Origin: Candidatus Geohabitans tengchongensis
GTDB taxonomy: Bacteria > Sysuimicrobiota > Sysuimicrobiia > Sysuimicrobiales > Humicultoraceae
Direction of reading: 5' to 3'
Assembly (NCBI GenBank): GCA_031459625.1
Contig: JAVKIH010000010.1
Location: forward strand, 21,347 to 85,346
DNA length: 64,000 nucleotides
Shown here: piece after piece, positions 37,134 to 46,653 of the stretch
How positions within the stretch are numbered: position 1 is the stretch's first letter
Layout: every line of letters begins with the position of its first letter
Position numbers and translations under genes: made by a program
Notes under the pieces: generated by a model
Seen by the model: only the letters and a program-made list of their open reading frames with translations
Told to the model about the DNA's origin: nothing
Database searches by the model: none

Positions 37134-37886
37134 ATGACGGGACACGTGGCGGCCCACCTCCTGCGCATCCTCTCCCTGGTGACGTTCCTGGGGGTGTGGG
37201 AGTGGGCGGGGCGGGTGCGGGTTACCTTCGCCTTCCCCACCGTCGGGGCCACCCTGCGGGCGGGGGCGGAGCTCCTGCGGTCCGGCGAGCTGCCCGCCGC
37301 CCTGCTGGTGAGCGCCCAGGCCCTCGCCATGGGACTCGGCACGGCGGTGGCCGTGGCGATCCCGCTCGGGCTGGTCATGGGCATGGTCCGCCCGGTGGCG
37401 CGGGTGGCGGGGCTGTACCTGGAGCTGCTCATCGCGCTCCCCTCGGCGGCCCTCATCCCCCTGGTCATCCTGACGCTGGGGATCAGCGTGCGCTCCTCGG
37501 CGGCGGTCGTCTTCGTCTTCAGCATGCCCTTCATCGCCATGAACGCCTACGGCGGCGTGCGCGAGGTGCCGCCCCGGCTCGTGGAGATGGCCCGCGCCTT
37601 CCAGGCCACCCCGGCCCAGCTCTTCGTCAAGGTGATCCTGCCGGGCAGCCTGCCGTTGCTCCTGGCCGGACTGCGCTACGGGCTGTCGCGGGCCTTCGTC
37701 GGGCTGGTGATCGCCGAGCTGCTGCTCTCGCCCTTCGGCGTGGGGAAGGTGATGACCACCGCCGCGGCGGTCTTCGCCTACGACCGGCTCTTCGCCACCG
37801 TGGCCGTGATCATCCTCCTCGCGGTGGGGGCGCTCACCCTGCTCCAGCGGCTCGAGCGCGTCCTTCTGCGCTGGCGGACCGCATGA
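37134..37886 (+). CDS. ABC permease
   Basis: EMARAF, VIAELL. Confidence 0.88.
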   Translation: MTGHVAAHLLRILSLVTFLGVWEWAGRVRVTFAFPTVGATLRAGAELLRSGELPAALLVSAQALAMGLGTAVAVAIPLGLVMGMVRPVARVAGLYLELLIALPSAALIPLVILTLGISVRSSAAVVFVFSMPFIAMNAYGGVREVPPRLVEMARAFQATPAQLFVKVILPGSLPLLLAGLRYGLSRAFVGLVIAELLLSPFGVGKVMTTAAAVFAYDRLFATVAVIILLAVGALTLLQRLERVLLRWRTA

Positions 37887-38662
37887 GCGTGGACGCCCTG
37901 GTCGCCCGGCAGGCCCCCACCCTCATCGAGGTGGTCCGGGCCGCCAAGCGCTTCGGGGCCGTCGCCGCCCTGGCCGACGTCTCGCTGGTGGTCCGTGCCG
38001 GGGAGTTCGTCACGCTGATCGGCCCCAGCGGGTGCGGCAAGACGACCCTGCTGAAGATGCTGGCCGGGCTGATCGCCCCGGATGCGGGAGAGATCCGCAT
38101 CGGCGGACGGACCGTCACCGGGCCGGGACGCGACCGCAGCCTGGTCTTCCAGGACTTCGCCCTCCTCCCCTGGGCGACGGTCCTGCGCAACGTGGCCTTC
38201 GGCCTGGAGCTGCAGGGGGTGCCGCGGGCCGAACGGGAGGCCCGGGCCCGCGAGTACATCCGCAAGGTCAAGCTTACCGGGTTCGAGCACCACTACCCGC
38301 ACCAGCTCTCCGGGGGGATGCAGCAGCGGGTGGGGCTGGCCCGCGCCCTGGTCACCCGCCCGCAGATCCTGCTCATGGACGAGCCCTTTGCCGCTGTGGA
38401 CGAGCAGACCCGGCGGCTCTTCCAGGACGACCTGTTGCGGCTGGTGGCGGAGGAGGGGACGACGGTGATCTTCGTCACCCACAGCATGGAGGAGGCCGTC
38501 TTCCTCTCCGATCGGGTCTACGTCCTGTCGGCCCGTCCCGGCCGGATCATCGAGACGCTCCCCATCCCCCTCCCCCGGCCGAGGACGGACGCCGTGCGCC
38601 GGCACCCGGAGTTCACCGAGCTGGTGGAGCGCCTGTGGGCCGTCCTGAAGGAGCTCCAGTGA
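37883..38662 (+). CDS. ABC ATPase
   Basis: GPSGCGKTT, LSGGMQQR, LMDEPF. Confidence 0.92.
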   Translation: MSVDALVARQAPTLIEVVRAAKRFGAVAALADVSLVVRAGEFVTLIGPSGCGKTTLLKMLAGLIAPDAGEIRIGGRTVTGPGRDRSLVFQDFALLPWATVLRNVAFGLELQGVPRAEREARAREYIRKVKLTGFEHHYPHQLSGGMQQRVGLARALVTRPQILLMDEPFAAVDEQTRRLFQDDLLRLVAEEGTTVIFVTHSMEEAVFLSDRVYVLSARPGRIIETLPIPLPRPRTDAVRRHPEFTELVERLWAVLKELQ

Positions 38663-39441
38663 GGCGGGCGGTCGGAGGGCCCGATGCGCCGGCAGGGCGG
38701 GCGCGCCTCGCCGCCTGGGCACAGACCGCGGCCGCGCTGCTGCCGCTCCTCCTCCTGTGGGAGGCCCTGGGGCGGGCGCAGGTCTCCCTCTTCGTGCCTC
38801 CCCTTGAGGCCATCGCCCGCGCCTGGGTCGAGGAGGTCGTCACCGGGCGCCTGTGGCGCGCTCTGGCCACCAGCCTGGACGCCCTGGTCACCGGCTACGG
38901 CCTCGCGGTGCTGGTGGGCATCCCGCTCGGGCTGCTCATGGGACGGTCGTGGGCGGTGCAGGTCGCAGCCGACCCCTTCGTGAACACCCTGATGTCCGCC
39001 CCCCTCTCCGCGCTGGTGCCGGTGCTCATCGTCATCTTCGGCGTCCGGGAGACCGTGGTCACCGCCACCGTCTTCCTCTTCAGCGTCTTCATCGTCGTCG
39101 TAAACGCCCGCGCCGGGACGCAGGTGCTGGACCGGTCCCTCGTCGAGATGGCCCGGGCGTTCGGGGCCTCCCCGTGGCAGGTGTTCCAGAAGGTCGCCCT
39201 GTGGGCGGCGCTGCCGGCCATTATGGTCGGGCTGCGCCTGGGCGCGCTGCAGGCGGTCAAGGGGATGGTGGTGGGGGAGATCCTGATCGCGGTCACCGGG
39301 CTGGGGGAGCGCCTCATCTACTACGGCAACACCTTCCTGATACCGCACCTCTATGCGGCCATCCTGACCGTGCTGCTGCTGGCCCTGGGGGCCTCGCAGC
39401 TCGTCCTGGCCGCCGACCGGCTGCTGGTGCGCTGGAAGTGA
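38659..39441 (+). CDS. ABC permease
   Basis: EMARAFGA, VVGEIL, TGLG. Confidence 0.88.
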   Translation: MRRAVGGPDAPAGRARLAAWAQTAAALLPLLLLWEALGRAQVSLFVPPLEAIARAWVEEVVTGRLWRALATSLDALVTGYGLAVLVGIPLGLLMGRSWAVQVAADPFVNTLMSAPLSALVPVLIVIFGVRETVVTATVFLFSVFIVVVNARAGTQVLDRSLVEMARAFGASPWQVFQKVALWAALPAIMVGLRLGALQAVKGMVVGEILIAVTGLGERLIYYGNTFLIPHLYAAILTVLLLALGASQLVLAADRLLVRWK

Positions 39442-39457
39442 GCCGAGAGGGGTAGCG

Positions 39458-40504
39458 GTGGCCGGGATGCGCGTCGACGCCCACGTCCACTACGTCTCGC
39501 CGCGGGTCTTCGCCGTGCTGCGTCGTGACGCGGCCCGGTACGGCGTGACGTACCTGGAGACCCCCGCCCCGCAGGTCCACCTCCCCGACGTCCCGCTGGC
39601 GCGGCCGATCCTCCCGGCGCTCTCCGACCTGGACGGCCTGCGCGCCCACCGCCACCGCCAGGGCCTCGACCGGCTGGTCCTCGGCCCGCTCATGGACCTG
39701 GCGGGCTACGGCCTGCCCGTCGAGCAGGGCGCCCTCCTGAGCCGCCTGGTGAACGAGAGCCTGGCCGCCGACCTGGCTGCGGCGGAGGCCTGCTGGGGGC
39801 TGGCCACCGTGCCGCTCCAGGACGGCGACGCGGCCGCCGCGGAGCTGCGCTACGCCGTGCGGCACCTCGGCCTGCGGGGCGCCATGATCGACACCAACGT
39901 GCGCGGCCGCAGCCTCGCCCAGGCGCCCCTCGAGCCGTTCTGGGCGGAGGCGCAGGCGCTGGGGGTCCCGGTGGTCCTCCACCCCTTCGCCGTCCCGGCG
40001 CTGGAGCGGCTCCGCCCCTACTACCTGCACAATGTCGTGGGCTACCCGTTGGAGACCACGCTGGCCGCGGCGGAGCTGGTCTTCGGCGGCGTGCTGCGGC
40101 GGTTTCCAGGTCTCCGCGTCGTCCTGGTCCACGGGGGCGGGTTCCTGCCGTACCAGATCGGCCGGCTGGAGCGGGCGTACCGGGCCCGGGAGGAGGCGCG
40201 GGTGCACCTCGACGTCTCCCCGGCGCAGTTCCTGCAGGCCTTCTACTACGACGCCCTCACCCACCACCCCGCCGCCCTGCGGTTCCTGGTGGAGCAGGTC
40301 GGGGCGGCGCGGGTGCTGCTGGGCAGCGACTACCCCTTCAGCATGGCCGATCCGGCGCCGGGGGCGACGCTGGACGCGGCGGGGCTTGCGCCCGAGGCGC
40401 GGCAGATGGTCGCGGGGGGGACGGCACTGGCGCTGTTCGCACCCCGTACCGGGGCACCGGCGGGCCCCCGCCCGGCGGGCCCTCACCATGGAGAGGAGGA
40501 GTGA
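39458..40504 (+). CDS. Amidohydrolase_2 family (ACMSD/LigW-like decarboxylase or hydrolase)
   Basis: DAHVH, VVLHP, HGGG, GSDYPF. Confidence 0.88.
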   Translation: MAGMRVDAHVHYVSPRVFAVLRRDAARYGVTYLETPAPQVHLPDVPLARPILPALSDLDGLRAHRHRQGLDRLVLGPLMDLAGYGLPVEQGALLSRLVNESLAADLAAAEACWGLATVPLQDGDAAAAELRYAVRHLGLRGAMIDTNVRGRSLAQAPLEPFWAEAQALGVPVVLHPFAVPALERLRPYYLHNVVGYPLETTLAAAELVFGGVLRRFPGLRVVLVHGGGFLPYQIGRLERAYRAREEARVHLDVSPAQFLQAFYYDALTHHPAALRFLVEQVGAARVLLGSDYPFSMADPAPGATLDAAGLAPEARQMVAGGTALALFAPRTGAPAGPRPAGPHHGEEE

Positions 40505-40507
40505 CCC

Positions 40508-41599
40508 ATGCAGGTCGGCAGACGGTTCTGTGCGCTGGTCCTGGCCGTCCTCGTGCTGGCGACGGCGGCCGCATCCACGGCAGGGGCGGGCCAGGCGGCC
40601 ACCCGGGTGGCCTTCATCTACGTGGGCCCCATCGGCGACGCCGGCTGGACCTACCAGCACGACCAGGCGCGCCGCCACCTGGAGCGCACGCTGGGCGTGC
40701 AGACGCGCTACGTGGAGTCGGTCCCGGAGACGGCCGAGGTGGCCCGGGTGATGGAGCAGTTCATCCGCCAGGGCTACCGCATCATCTTCGCCACCGCCTT
40801 CGGCTACCAGACCTTCGGCCTGCAGGTGGCCCGCCGCCACCCCGACGTGCGCATCATCGGCATCGGGCCGGCCATCGGGCTGGCGCCCAACGTGAAGACC
40901 ATCTACGGGCGCATCTGGGAGGGGCGCTACCTGACCGGCCTCGTGGCCGGGAAGATGACCCGCACCAACACCATCGGCTTCGTCGCCGCCCACCCCATCA
41001 GCACCGTCGTGGCCGGTGTGAACGCCTTCGCCCTCGGCGTGTGGTCCGTGAACCCCAACGCGCGCATCCGGGTGGTGTGGACGCGCACCTGGTACGACCC
41101 GCCCAAGGAGAAGTCCGCCGCCAAGGCGCTGCTCGATGCCGGCGCGGACGTCATCGCCCAGCACCAGGACACCCCGAGCGCCCTCCAGGCCGCGGCCGAG
41201 GAGGGGAAGTGGGGGATCGGCTCCGAGTCCAACATGCAGCGCTTCGCCCCCCGCGCCTACCTCACCGGCACCATCTGGGACTGGCGGGCGGTGGACGAGG
41301 CGATCGTGCGGGGCATCCAGCGGGGGCAGTTCCGCTCCGAGGACTACTACGGCGGGCTCGCCGACCGCATGGTCTCGCTCGGCCCCTTCCACCCCGACGT
41401 GCCCGCGGACGTGCGGCGCCTGGTGGACGAGCGGCGGCGCGGCATCATCGCCGGGACCTTCCAGATCTTCAAGGGGCCGCTGGCCGACCAGAACGGCCGT
41501 GAGCGCGTCCCCAAGGGCAGGGTGATGACCCTGAAGGAGATCCTCGCCTTCAACTGGCTGCTGCGCGGCATCGAGGGGCAGCCCCCGACGGCGCGGTAG
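40508..41599 (+). CDS. BMP family nucleoside/purine-binding protein
   Basis: YVGPIGDAGWTYQH, WYDP, DVIAQHQD. Confidence 0.9.
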   Translation: MQVGRRFCALVLAVLVLATAAASTAGAGQAATRVAFIYVGPIGDAGWTYQHDQARRHLERTLGVQTRYVESVPETAEVARVMEQFIRQGYRIIFATAFGYQTFGLQVARRHPDVRIIGIGPAIGLAPNVKTIYGRIWEGRYLTGLVAGKMTRTNTIGFVAAHPISTVVAGVNAFALGVWSVNPNARIRVVWTRTWYDPPKEKSAAKALLDAGADVIAQHQDTPSALQAAAEEGKWGIGSESNMQRFAPRAYLTGTIWDWRAVDEAIVRGIQRGQFRSEDYYGGLADRMVSLGPFHPDVPADVRRLVDERRRGIIAGTFQIFKGPLADQNGRERVPKGRVMTLKEILAFNWLLRGIEGQPPTAR

Positions 41600-41602
41600 C
41601 CT

Positions 41603-42724
41603 GTGGGAGCGGCCGAGCGCCCGCTGCGGGTGCGCGCGCCGGCGGCCGGCGCGGCCCGGTCCGCGGGTCCCGCTTCCCCCGCCTGGGCGGAGGGGGCGGT
41701 GCTCCGCGCCGGTGGTGTGGCGGCGGCGCTGCTGGTGGGCGCGGCGCTGCTCGCCGCCACTGGGCACGACCCCTGGACCGCCTACCGGGAGATGGCCGTC
41801 GGCGCCTTCGGGTCGGCCTACGCCTGGGAGCAGACCCTGGTGAAGGCCATCCCGCTGGCGCTCACCGGGCTGGGGGTAGCGCTGGCCTTCACGATGGGGC
41901 TGTGGAACATCGGCGCGGAAGGCCAGCTCCTCGTGGGGGCGCTCGCCGCCTCCTGGCTGGCGCTGGCCGGTCCGGCGCTGCCACCCGCGGCGGCGGTGCC
42001 CGCTCTGATGCTCCTCGGCGCCGCCGGCGGGGCGCTGTGGGCGCTCGGCCCCGCACTGCTGCGGGCCTACGCCGGGGTGAGCGAGATCATCTCCACCCTC
42101 ATGCTCAACTACGTCGCCGCGCTGTGGGTGGACTACCTGGTCTTCGGCGCCTGGGCCGACCCGGCGGCGTTCAGCTTCCCGTACTCCCGCCCCTTCCCGG
42201 AAGGGATGCGCTTCCCCCTGCTCGTCGGCGAGGTCCACCTGGGAGCTCTCCTGGCGCTGGTGCTGGCCGCCCTGCTGGCCTGGGCGGTGCGCCGCACGCG
42301 CTGGGGGTTCGAGGTGCGGGCCATCGGGGCCGGAGCGGAGGCGGCGCACGCCGCGGGAGTGGCCGTGCGGCGCTATGTCCTGGGGGTGATGGCCGTGAGC
42401 GGCGCCCTGGCGGGGCTGGCGGGCGTGGGGGAGGTGGCCGGCGTGGTCCACCGCCTCCAGCAGGGGCTCTCACCGGGCTACGGGTTCAGCGCCATCATCG
42501 TCGCCTGGCTGGCCGGGCTCCACCCCTGGGCCGTGGTGGCCGTGGCGGTGCTCTTCGCCGGGCTGCTCAACGGCGGGTTCGTCATCCAGACCGCCGGGGT
42601 GCCCGCGGCCATCGCCGCGATGCTGCAGGCGCTCATCCTGTTCTTCGTGCTGGCCGGCGAGGTGGCCGTGCGCCGCCGCCGCCGTCACCGCCTGCTGGCC
42701 GCATCCGCCGCCAGCGGGGCCTGA
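41603..42724 (+). CDS. Nucleoside-type ABC permease 1
   Basis: WNIGAEGQ, EIISTLMLNY, GYGFSAI. Confidence 0.9.
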   Translation: MGAAERPLRVRAPAAGAARSAGPASPAWAEGAVLRAGGVAAALLVGAALLAATGHDPWTAYREMAVGAFGSAYAWEQTLVKAIPLALTGLGVALAFTMGLWNIGAEGQLLVGALAASWLALAGPALPPAAAVPALMLLGAAGGALWALGPALLRAYAGVSEIISTLMLNYVAALWVDYLVFGAWADPAAFSFPYSRPFPEGMRFPLLVGEVHLGALLALVLAALLAWAVRRTRWGFEVRAIGAGAEAAHAAGVAVRRYVLGVMAVSGALAGLAGVGEVAGVVHRLQQGLSPGYGFSAIIVAWLAGLHPWAVVAVAVLFAGLLNGGFVIQTAGVPAAIAAMLQALILFFVLAGEVAVRRRRRHRLLAASAASGA

Positions 42725-42734
42725 CCCGACGCCC

Positions 42735-43658
42735 GTGGACCCGCTGACCGCGCTGGCCGCCGCCGCCGTCACGCTGGGCACCCCGCTGCTGCTGGCCGGG
42801 CTGGGCGAACTGGTGGCGGAGCGCAGCGGCGTGCTCAACCTGGGGGTGGAGGGCGTGATGCTGGTCGGGGCGGTGACGGGCTTCGCCGTGGCCGTGGCCA
42901 CGCGCGAGCCGTGGCTGGCCGTGGCCGCCGCGCTGGCGGTGGGGGCGGTGCTCGGGGGGGTGCACGCCGCCCTCACGGTGGGCCTGGGGGTCGAGCAGGT
43001 GACCGCCGGCCTGGCGCTGGCGCTCTTCGGGACGGGGCTCAGCGCCTTCCTGGGGAAGCCGCTGATCGGCATCCCCAACCCCGTCCCCTTCCGGGCCCTG
43101 GCCGTCCCGGGGCTGGCGGCCCTGCCGGTGGCGGGTCCTGTCCTCTTCCGGCAGGACGCGCTGGTCTACCTGGCCTACGCGCTGGCGGTGGCGGCGTGGT
43201 GGTGGCTCGACCACACGCGGTCGGGGCTGCGCCTGCGCGCCTGCGGGGAGCACCCCGAGGCGGCGGACGCCATGGGCGTGAACGTGGCGGCGGTGCGCGC
43301 GGGGGCGGTGGTGGCGGGCGGGGCCCTGGCGGGCCTGGCCGGGGCGTACCTCTCCCTGGCCTACACGCCGGCCTGGACCGAGCACATGACCGGAGGGCTC
43401 GGGTGGATCGCCATCGCGCTGGTGATCTTCGGGACGTGGCGCCCGCTGCGCCTGGCCGCCGGCGCCGTCCTCTTCGGCGCGGTGGACGCCCTGGGGTTCC
43501 GGGCGCAGGTGCTGGGGGTGGAGACCTCGGCCATCCTGCTGCGCATGCTGCCGTACCTGTTCACGCTGGGGGTGCTCTTCGTGATCACCGTGTTGCGGCG
43601 CCGGGGCGGGGCCGGCGTGCCCGAAGCCCTGGCCCGTCCCTACCGCCGCGAGGCGTGA
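42735..43658 (+). CDS. Nucleoside-type ABC permease 2
   Basis: ERSGVLNLGVEG, GWIAIA, LPY, PEAL. Confidence 0.9.
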   Translation: MDPLTALAAAAVTLGTPLLLAGLGELVAERSGVLNLGVEGVMLVGAVTGFAVAVATREPWLAVAAALAVGAVLGGVHAALTVGLGVEQVTAGLALALFGTGLSAFLGKPLIGIPNPVPFRALAVPGLAALPVAGPVLFRQDALVYLAYALAVAAWWWLDHTRSGLRLRACGEHPEAADAMGVNVAAVRAGAVVAGGALAGLAGAYLSLAYTPAWTEHMTGGLGWIAIALVIFGTWRPLRLAAGAVLFGAVDALGFRAQVLGVETSAILLRMLPYLFTLGVLFVITVLRRRGGAGVPEALARPYRREA

Positions 43659-43678
43659 GCCGACGAGGAGGGATCGCC

Positions 43679-44386
43679 ATGGAGGCCTACTTCTACGGGG
43701 CGCGCAAGCCCGTGCCGCCGGCGTTCGCCGAGTGGCTCGACCCTCAGGTGACGGCCGCGGTCTCCATCGACATGCACCGCGGCCACCTGGACGCGGACGA
43801 CCCGGAGTGTCCCTGCCCGGCGCCGCGGGCGCGGGAGATCGTCGAGCCCATCAACGCCTTCCACCGGGCCTGCCGCCGGCTGGGCGTCCCGGTCATCCAC
43901 GTGAAGACCGGCCTGCGCCCCAGCGGCGTCGACGACGTGCGCGGCATCCCGTCCGCCTGGCGCCTGACCTTCCCCATGACCGTCGGGCCCATCCCAGGGC
44001 ACGAGCGCCACGGGCTGCAGGGGACGCGGTGGACCGAGCTGGTCACCGAGGTGGCCCCCGAGGACCACATCGTCGACACGAAGAAGCGGCTGAGCATCTT
44101 CTACCCGACCGACCTGGACTTTCTCCTGCGCCAGCTGCGGCGGCGCACGGTGGTGCTCACCGGCGGGTTCACCGACTGCTGCGTGCTCAACGCCGCCTTC
44201 GACGCGGCCAACCGGGACTACCGGGTGGTGGTGCCGCGCGATCTGGTGCGCGGTTTCTCGCCGGAGATGGAGGAGGCGGCGCTGCACATCGTCTCCCTCC
44301 ACCTGGGGCTGGTGGTGGACGCCGCTGACCTGCTGGCGGCGTGGGAGGCCCGCCTGGGACAGCGCGTAGAGGGGCTGGCGGGCTAG
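43679..44386 (+). CDS. Isochorismatase-family cysteine hydrolase (amidase)
   Basis: IDM, KKRLSIF, TDCCV triad region. Confidence 0.88.
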   Translation: MEAYFYGARKPVPPAFAEWLDPQVTAAVSIDMHRGHLDADDPECPCPAPRAREIVEPINAFHRACRRLGVPVIHVKTGLRPSGVDDVRGIPSAWRLTFPMTVGPIPGHERHGLQGTRWTELVTEVAPEDHIVDTKKRLSIFYPTDLDFLLRQLRRRTVVLTGGFTDCCVLNAAFDAANRDYRVVVPRDLVRGFSPEMEEAALHIVSLHLGLVVDAADLLAAWEARLGQRVEGLAG

Positions 44387-44400
44387 GCCGTCCGCGTCGA

Positions 44401-44452
44401 CCGGAACTACTCCAGCCTGCCGCAGTCCACCCGGAACTACTCCAGCCTGCCG
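44401..44452. repeat. 22-bp direct repeat duplicating the pdhC 3' end and stop
   Basis: CCGGAACTACTCCAGCCTGCCG at 44401 and 44431. Confidence 0.9.
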
Positions 44453-45657
44453 GGGTCGACGACGAGCAGCAGCGGCGTCTCCAGCAGGCGCCGCAGCTCG
44501 GCCAGGTACCGGGCGGCCTCGGCGCCGTCCGTCACCCGGTGGTCGGCCGAGAGGGTGGCCTTCATGACGTGCGCCGCGCGCACCTGTCCCCCGTCCACCA
44601 CCGCGCGCGGCAGCGCCGTCCCCACGGCCAGGATCGCCGCCTGGGGCGGGTTGATGATGGCGGCGAAGGACTCCACCTCGAACATCCCCAGGTTGCTCAC
44701 GGTGAAGGTCCCGCCCTCCAGCTCCTCGGGGCGCAGCCGGCCGCTGCGGGCGCGCTCGGCCAGGTCGCGCGCCTCCCGGGCGATGGCCACCAGGCCCTTG
44801 CGGTCGGCGTGGCGGATCACCGGGACGATGAGTCCCTCGGGCCGGTCCACGGCCACCCCGACGTGGACCTCGCCGTAGCGTAGCACCGTCTCCCCGCGGT
44901 AGGAGGCGTTCAGGTTGGGGAAGGCGCGCAGCGCCAGCGCCGCCGCCTTCACCACCAGGTCGTTCACGGAGACGACCTTCTCCCCCAGCGCCGCGTTGAG
45001 CTGGCGGCGCAGGTCGAGGGCCGCGTCCATGCGGATCTCCACGGTGACGTAGAAGTGCGGGACGGGGCCCTTGGCCTCCACCATGCGCTGCGCCACCGTG
45101 CGGCGCGGGCGGCCGAGCGGCACCTCCTCGGTGCGGAGGGGAGGGGTGGGTGGGGCGGCGGGCGCCGCGCCGGCCGTCCGGGCCAGGTAGGCCTCGACGT
45201 CCTCTTTGGTGATGCGGCCCTCGGGGCCGGTGCCGGTGAGGGCGGCCAGGTCGACTCCATGCTCCCGGGCCAGGCGCCGGGCCAGCGGTGAGGCCTTGAT
45301 CCGCTCCTCGGCGGGGATGCGCGCGGGGGCGGGGGCCTCCGCCGGTGTCGCGGGACGGGGCGCCGCAGGCTCGGCACCGGGAGTGGACCGGGCCGGCGCC
45401 GTCGCTGTGCCGGGCTGCTCCCCCGGCCGGCCGATCACCGCGATGGGCTGCCCCACCGGCACCGACTGCCCCTCCGGAGCCAGCACCTCCAGCAGCGTGC
45501 CGGCCTCCTCCGCGGGCAGCTCGACGTTCACTTTGTCCGTCTCGATCTCGGCGATGGGCTCCCCCGGGGCCACCGCGTCCCCCGGCCGCTTCATCCAGCG
45601 GAGGATCTTCCCCTCCGTCATGGCGTCGCCCATCTTCGGCATGATGACCTCGGCCAT
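44437..45657 (-). CDS. pdhC: Dihydrolipoamide acetyltransferase E2
   Basis: ETDKV lipoyl motif, ASPLARR, GTGPEGRI, DHRVTDG. Confidence 0.92.
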   Translation of the reverse strand: MAEVIMPKMGDAMTEGKILRWMKRPGDAVAPGEPIAEIETDKVNVELPAEEAGTLLEVLAPEGQSVPVGQPIAVIGRPGEQPGTATAPARSTPGAEPAAPRPATPAEAPAPARIPAEERIKASPLARRLAREHGVDLAALTGTGPEGRITKEDVEAYLARTAGAAPAAPPTPPLRTEEVPLGRPRRTVAQRMVEAKGPVPHFYVTVEIRMDAALDLRRQLNAALGEKVVSVNDLVVKAAALALRAFPNLNASYRGETVLRYGEVHVGVAVDRPEGLIVPVIRHADRKGLVAIAREARDLAERARSGRLRPEELEGGTFTVSNLGMFEVESFAAIINPPQAAILAVGTALPRAVVDGGQVRAAHVMKATLSADHRVTDGAEAARYLAELRRLLETPLLLVVDPGRLE

Positions 45658-45660
45658 GGC

Positions 45661-46641
45661 CTATCCCCGGTAGAGCGTGCGGCGCACCGCCTGGACGATG
45701 TCGGGTTCGTGCGGCAGGGCCAGCACTTCCAGGTTGCGGGCGTAGGGCATGGGGACATCGGCGCCAGTGACACGCTCCACCGGCGCGTCCAGGTCGTCGA
45801 AGGCGTGCTCGTAGATCAGGGCGGCGATCTCGGCGGCGGCCCCGAAGGGGCGCCACTGCTCCTGCACCACCACCGCCCGGTGCGTGCGCCGCACCGAGCG
45901 CAGCACCGTCTCCAGGTCGAGGGGGCGCAGGGAGCGCAGGTTGATCACCTCGGCCTCGATCCCCTCCTGCGCCAGCTGCTCCGCCGCCGCCAGCGCCAGC
46001 GCCACCATGCGGCTGTAGGCCACGACGGTGACGTCCCGCCCGCGCCGGGCCACCTCGGCCTGCCCGAAGGGGATGGTGACGTCCCCGTCGGGGACCTCCC
46101 CCTTGGTCCCGTACAGGGCGGCGTTCTCCAGGAAGATCACCGGGTCGTGGCTGCGGATGGCCTGCCGCAGCAGCCCGCGGGCGTCCGCCGGGGTGGCCGG
46201 CGCCACCACCCGCAGCCCCGGGAAGTGGGCGTAGAGGACCTCCAGGCTCTGGGAGTGCTGGGCCGAGAGCTGCACCCCCGCGCCGTTGGGGCCGCGGATG
46301 ACCATGGGCACGCTCACCTGGCCCCCGGAGAAGTAGCGCACCTTGGCGGCGTTGTTGAGGATCTGGTCGGCGGCCAGGATGGAGAAGTTCCAGGTCATCA
46401 CCTCCACCACCGGACGCAGGCCCAGCATGGCCATGCCGATGGCCGCCCCGACGAAGCCCAGCTCGGAGATGGGCGTGTCGATGACGCGCCGCGGGCCGTA
46501 GCGCTGCAGCAGGTCGGCGGTGATGCGGAAGGTGCCCTGGTAGACGCCGATGTCCTCGCCGAGGAGGACGACCGTGGGGTCGCGGTCCATCTCCTCGATC
46601 AGGGTGGTGCGCAGGGCGTCCCGGTAGGTCAGCTCGGGCAT
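45661..46641 (-). CDS. pdhB: Pyruvate dehydrogenase E1 beta
   Basis: GEDIG, DTPISE, AQHSQ, LRSLRPLD. Confidence 0.92.
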   Translation of the reverse strand: MPELTYRDALRTTLIEEMDRDPTVVLLGEDIGVYQGTFRITADLLQRYGPRRVIDTPISELGFVGAAIGMAMLGLRPVVEVMTWNFSILAADQILNNAAKVRYFSGGQVSVPMVIRGPNGAGVQLSAQHSQSLEVLYAHFPGLRVVAPATPADARGLLRQAIRSHDPVIFLENAALYGTKGEVPDGDVTIPFGQAEVARRGRDVTVVAYSRMVALALAAAEQLAQEGIEAEVINLRSLRPLDLETVLRSVRRTHRAVVVQEQWRPFGAAAEIAALIYEHAFDDLDAPVERVTGADVPMPYARNLEVLALPHEPDIVQAVRRTLYRG

Positions 46642-46653
46642 CGGGACGCGCCC

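Noticed and set aside
39438..39455. Additional relay micro-ORFs (VSREG here; also junctions at 30586, 40501, 62371)
   Set aside because: Their stops do not overlap the next start, so counted as negatives.
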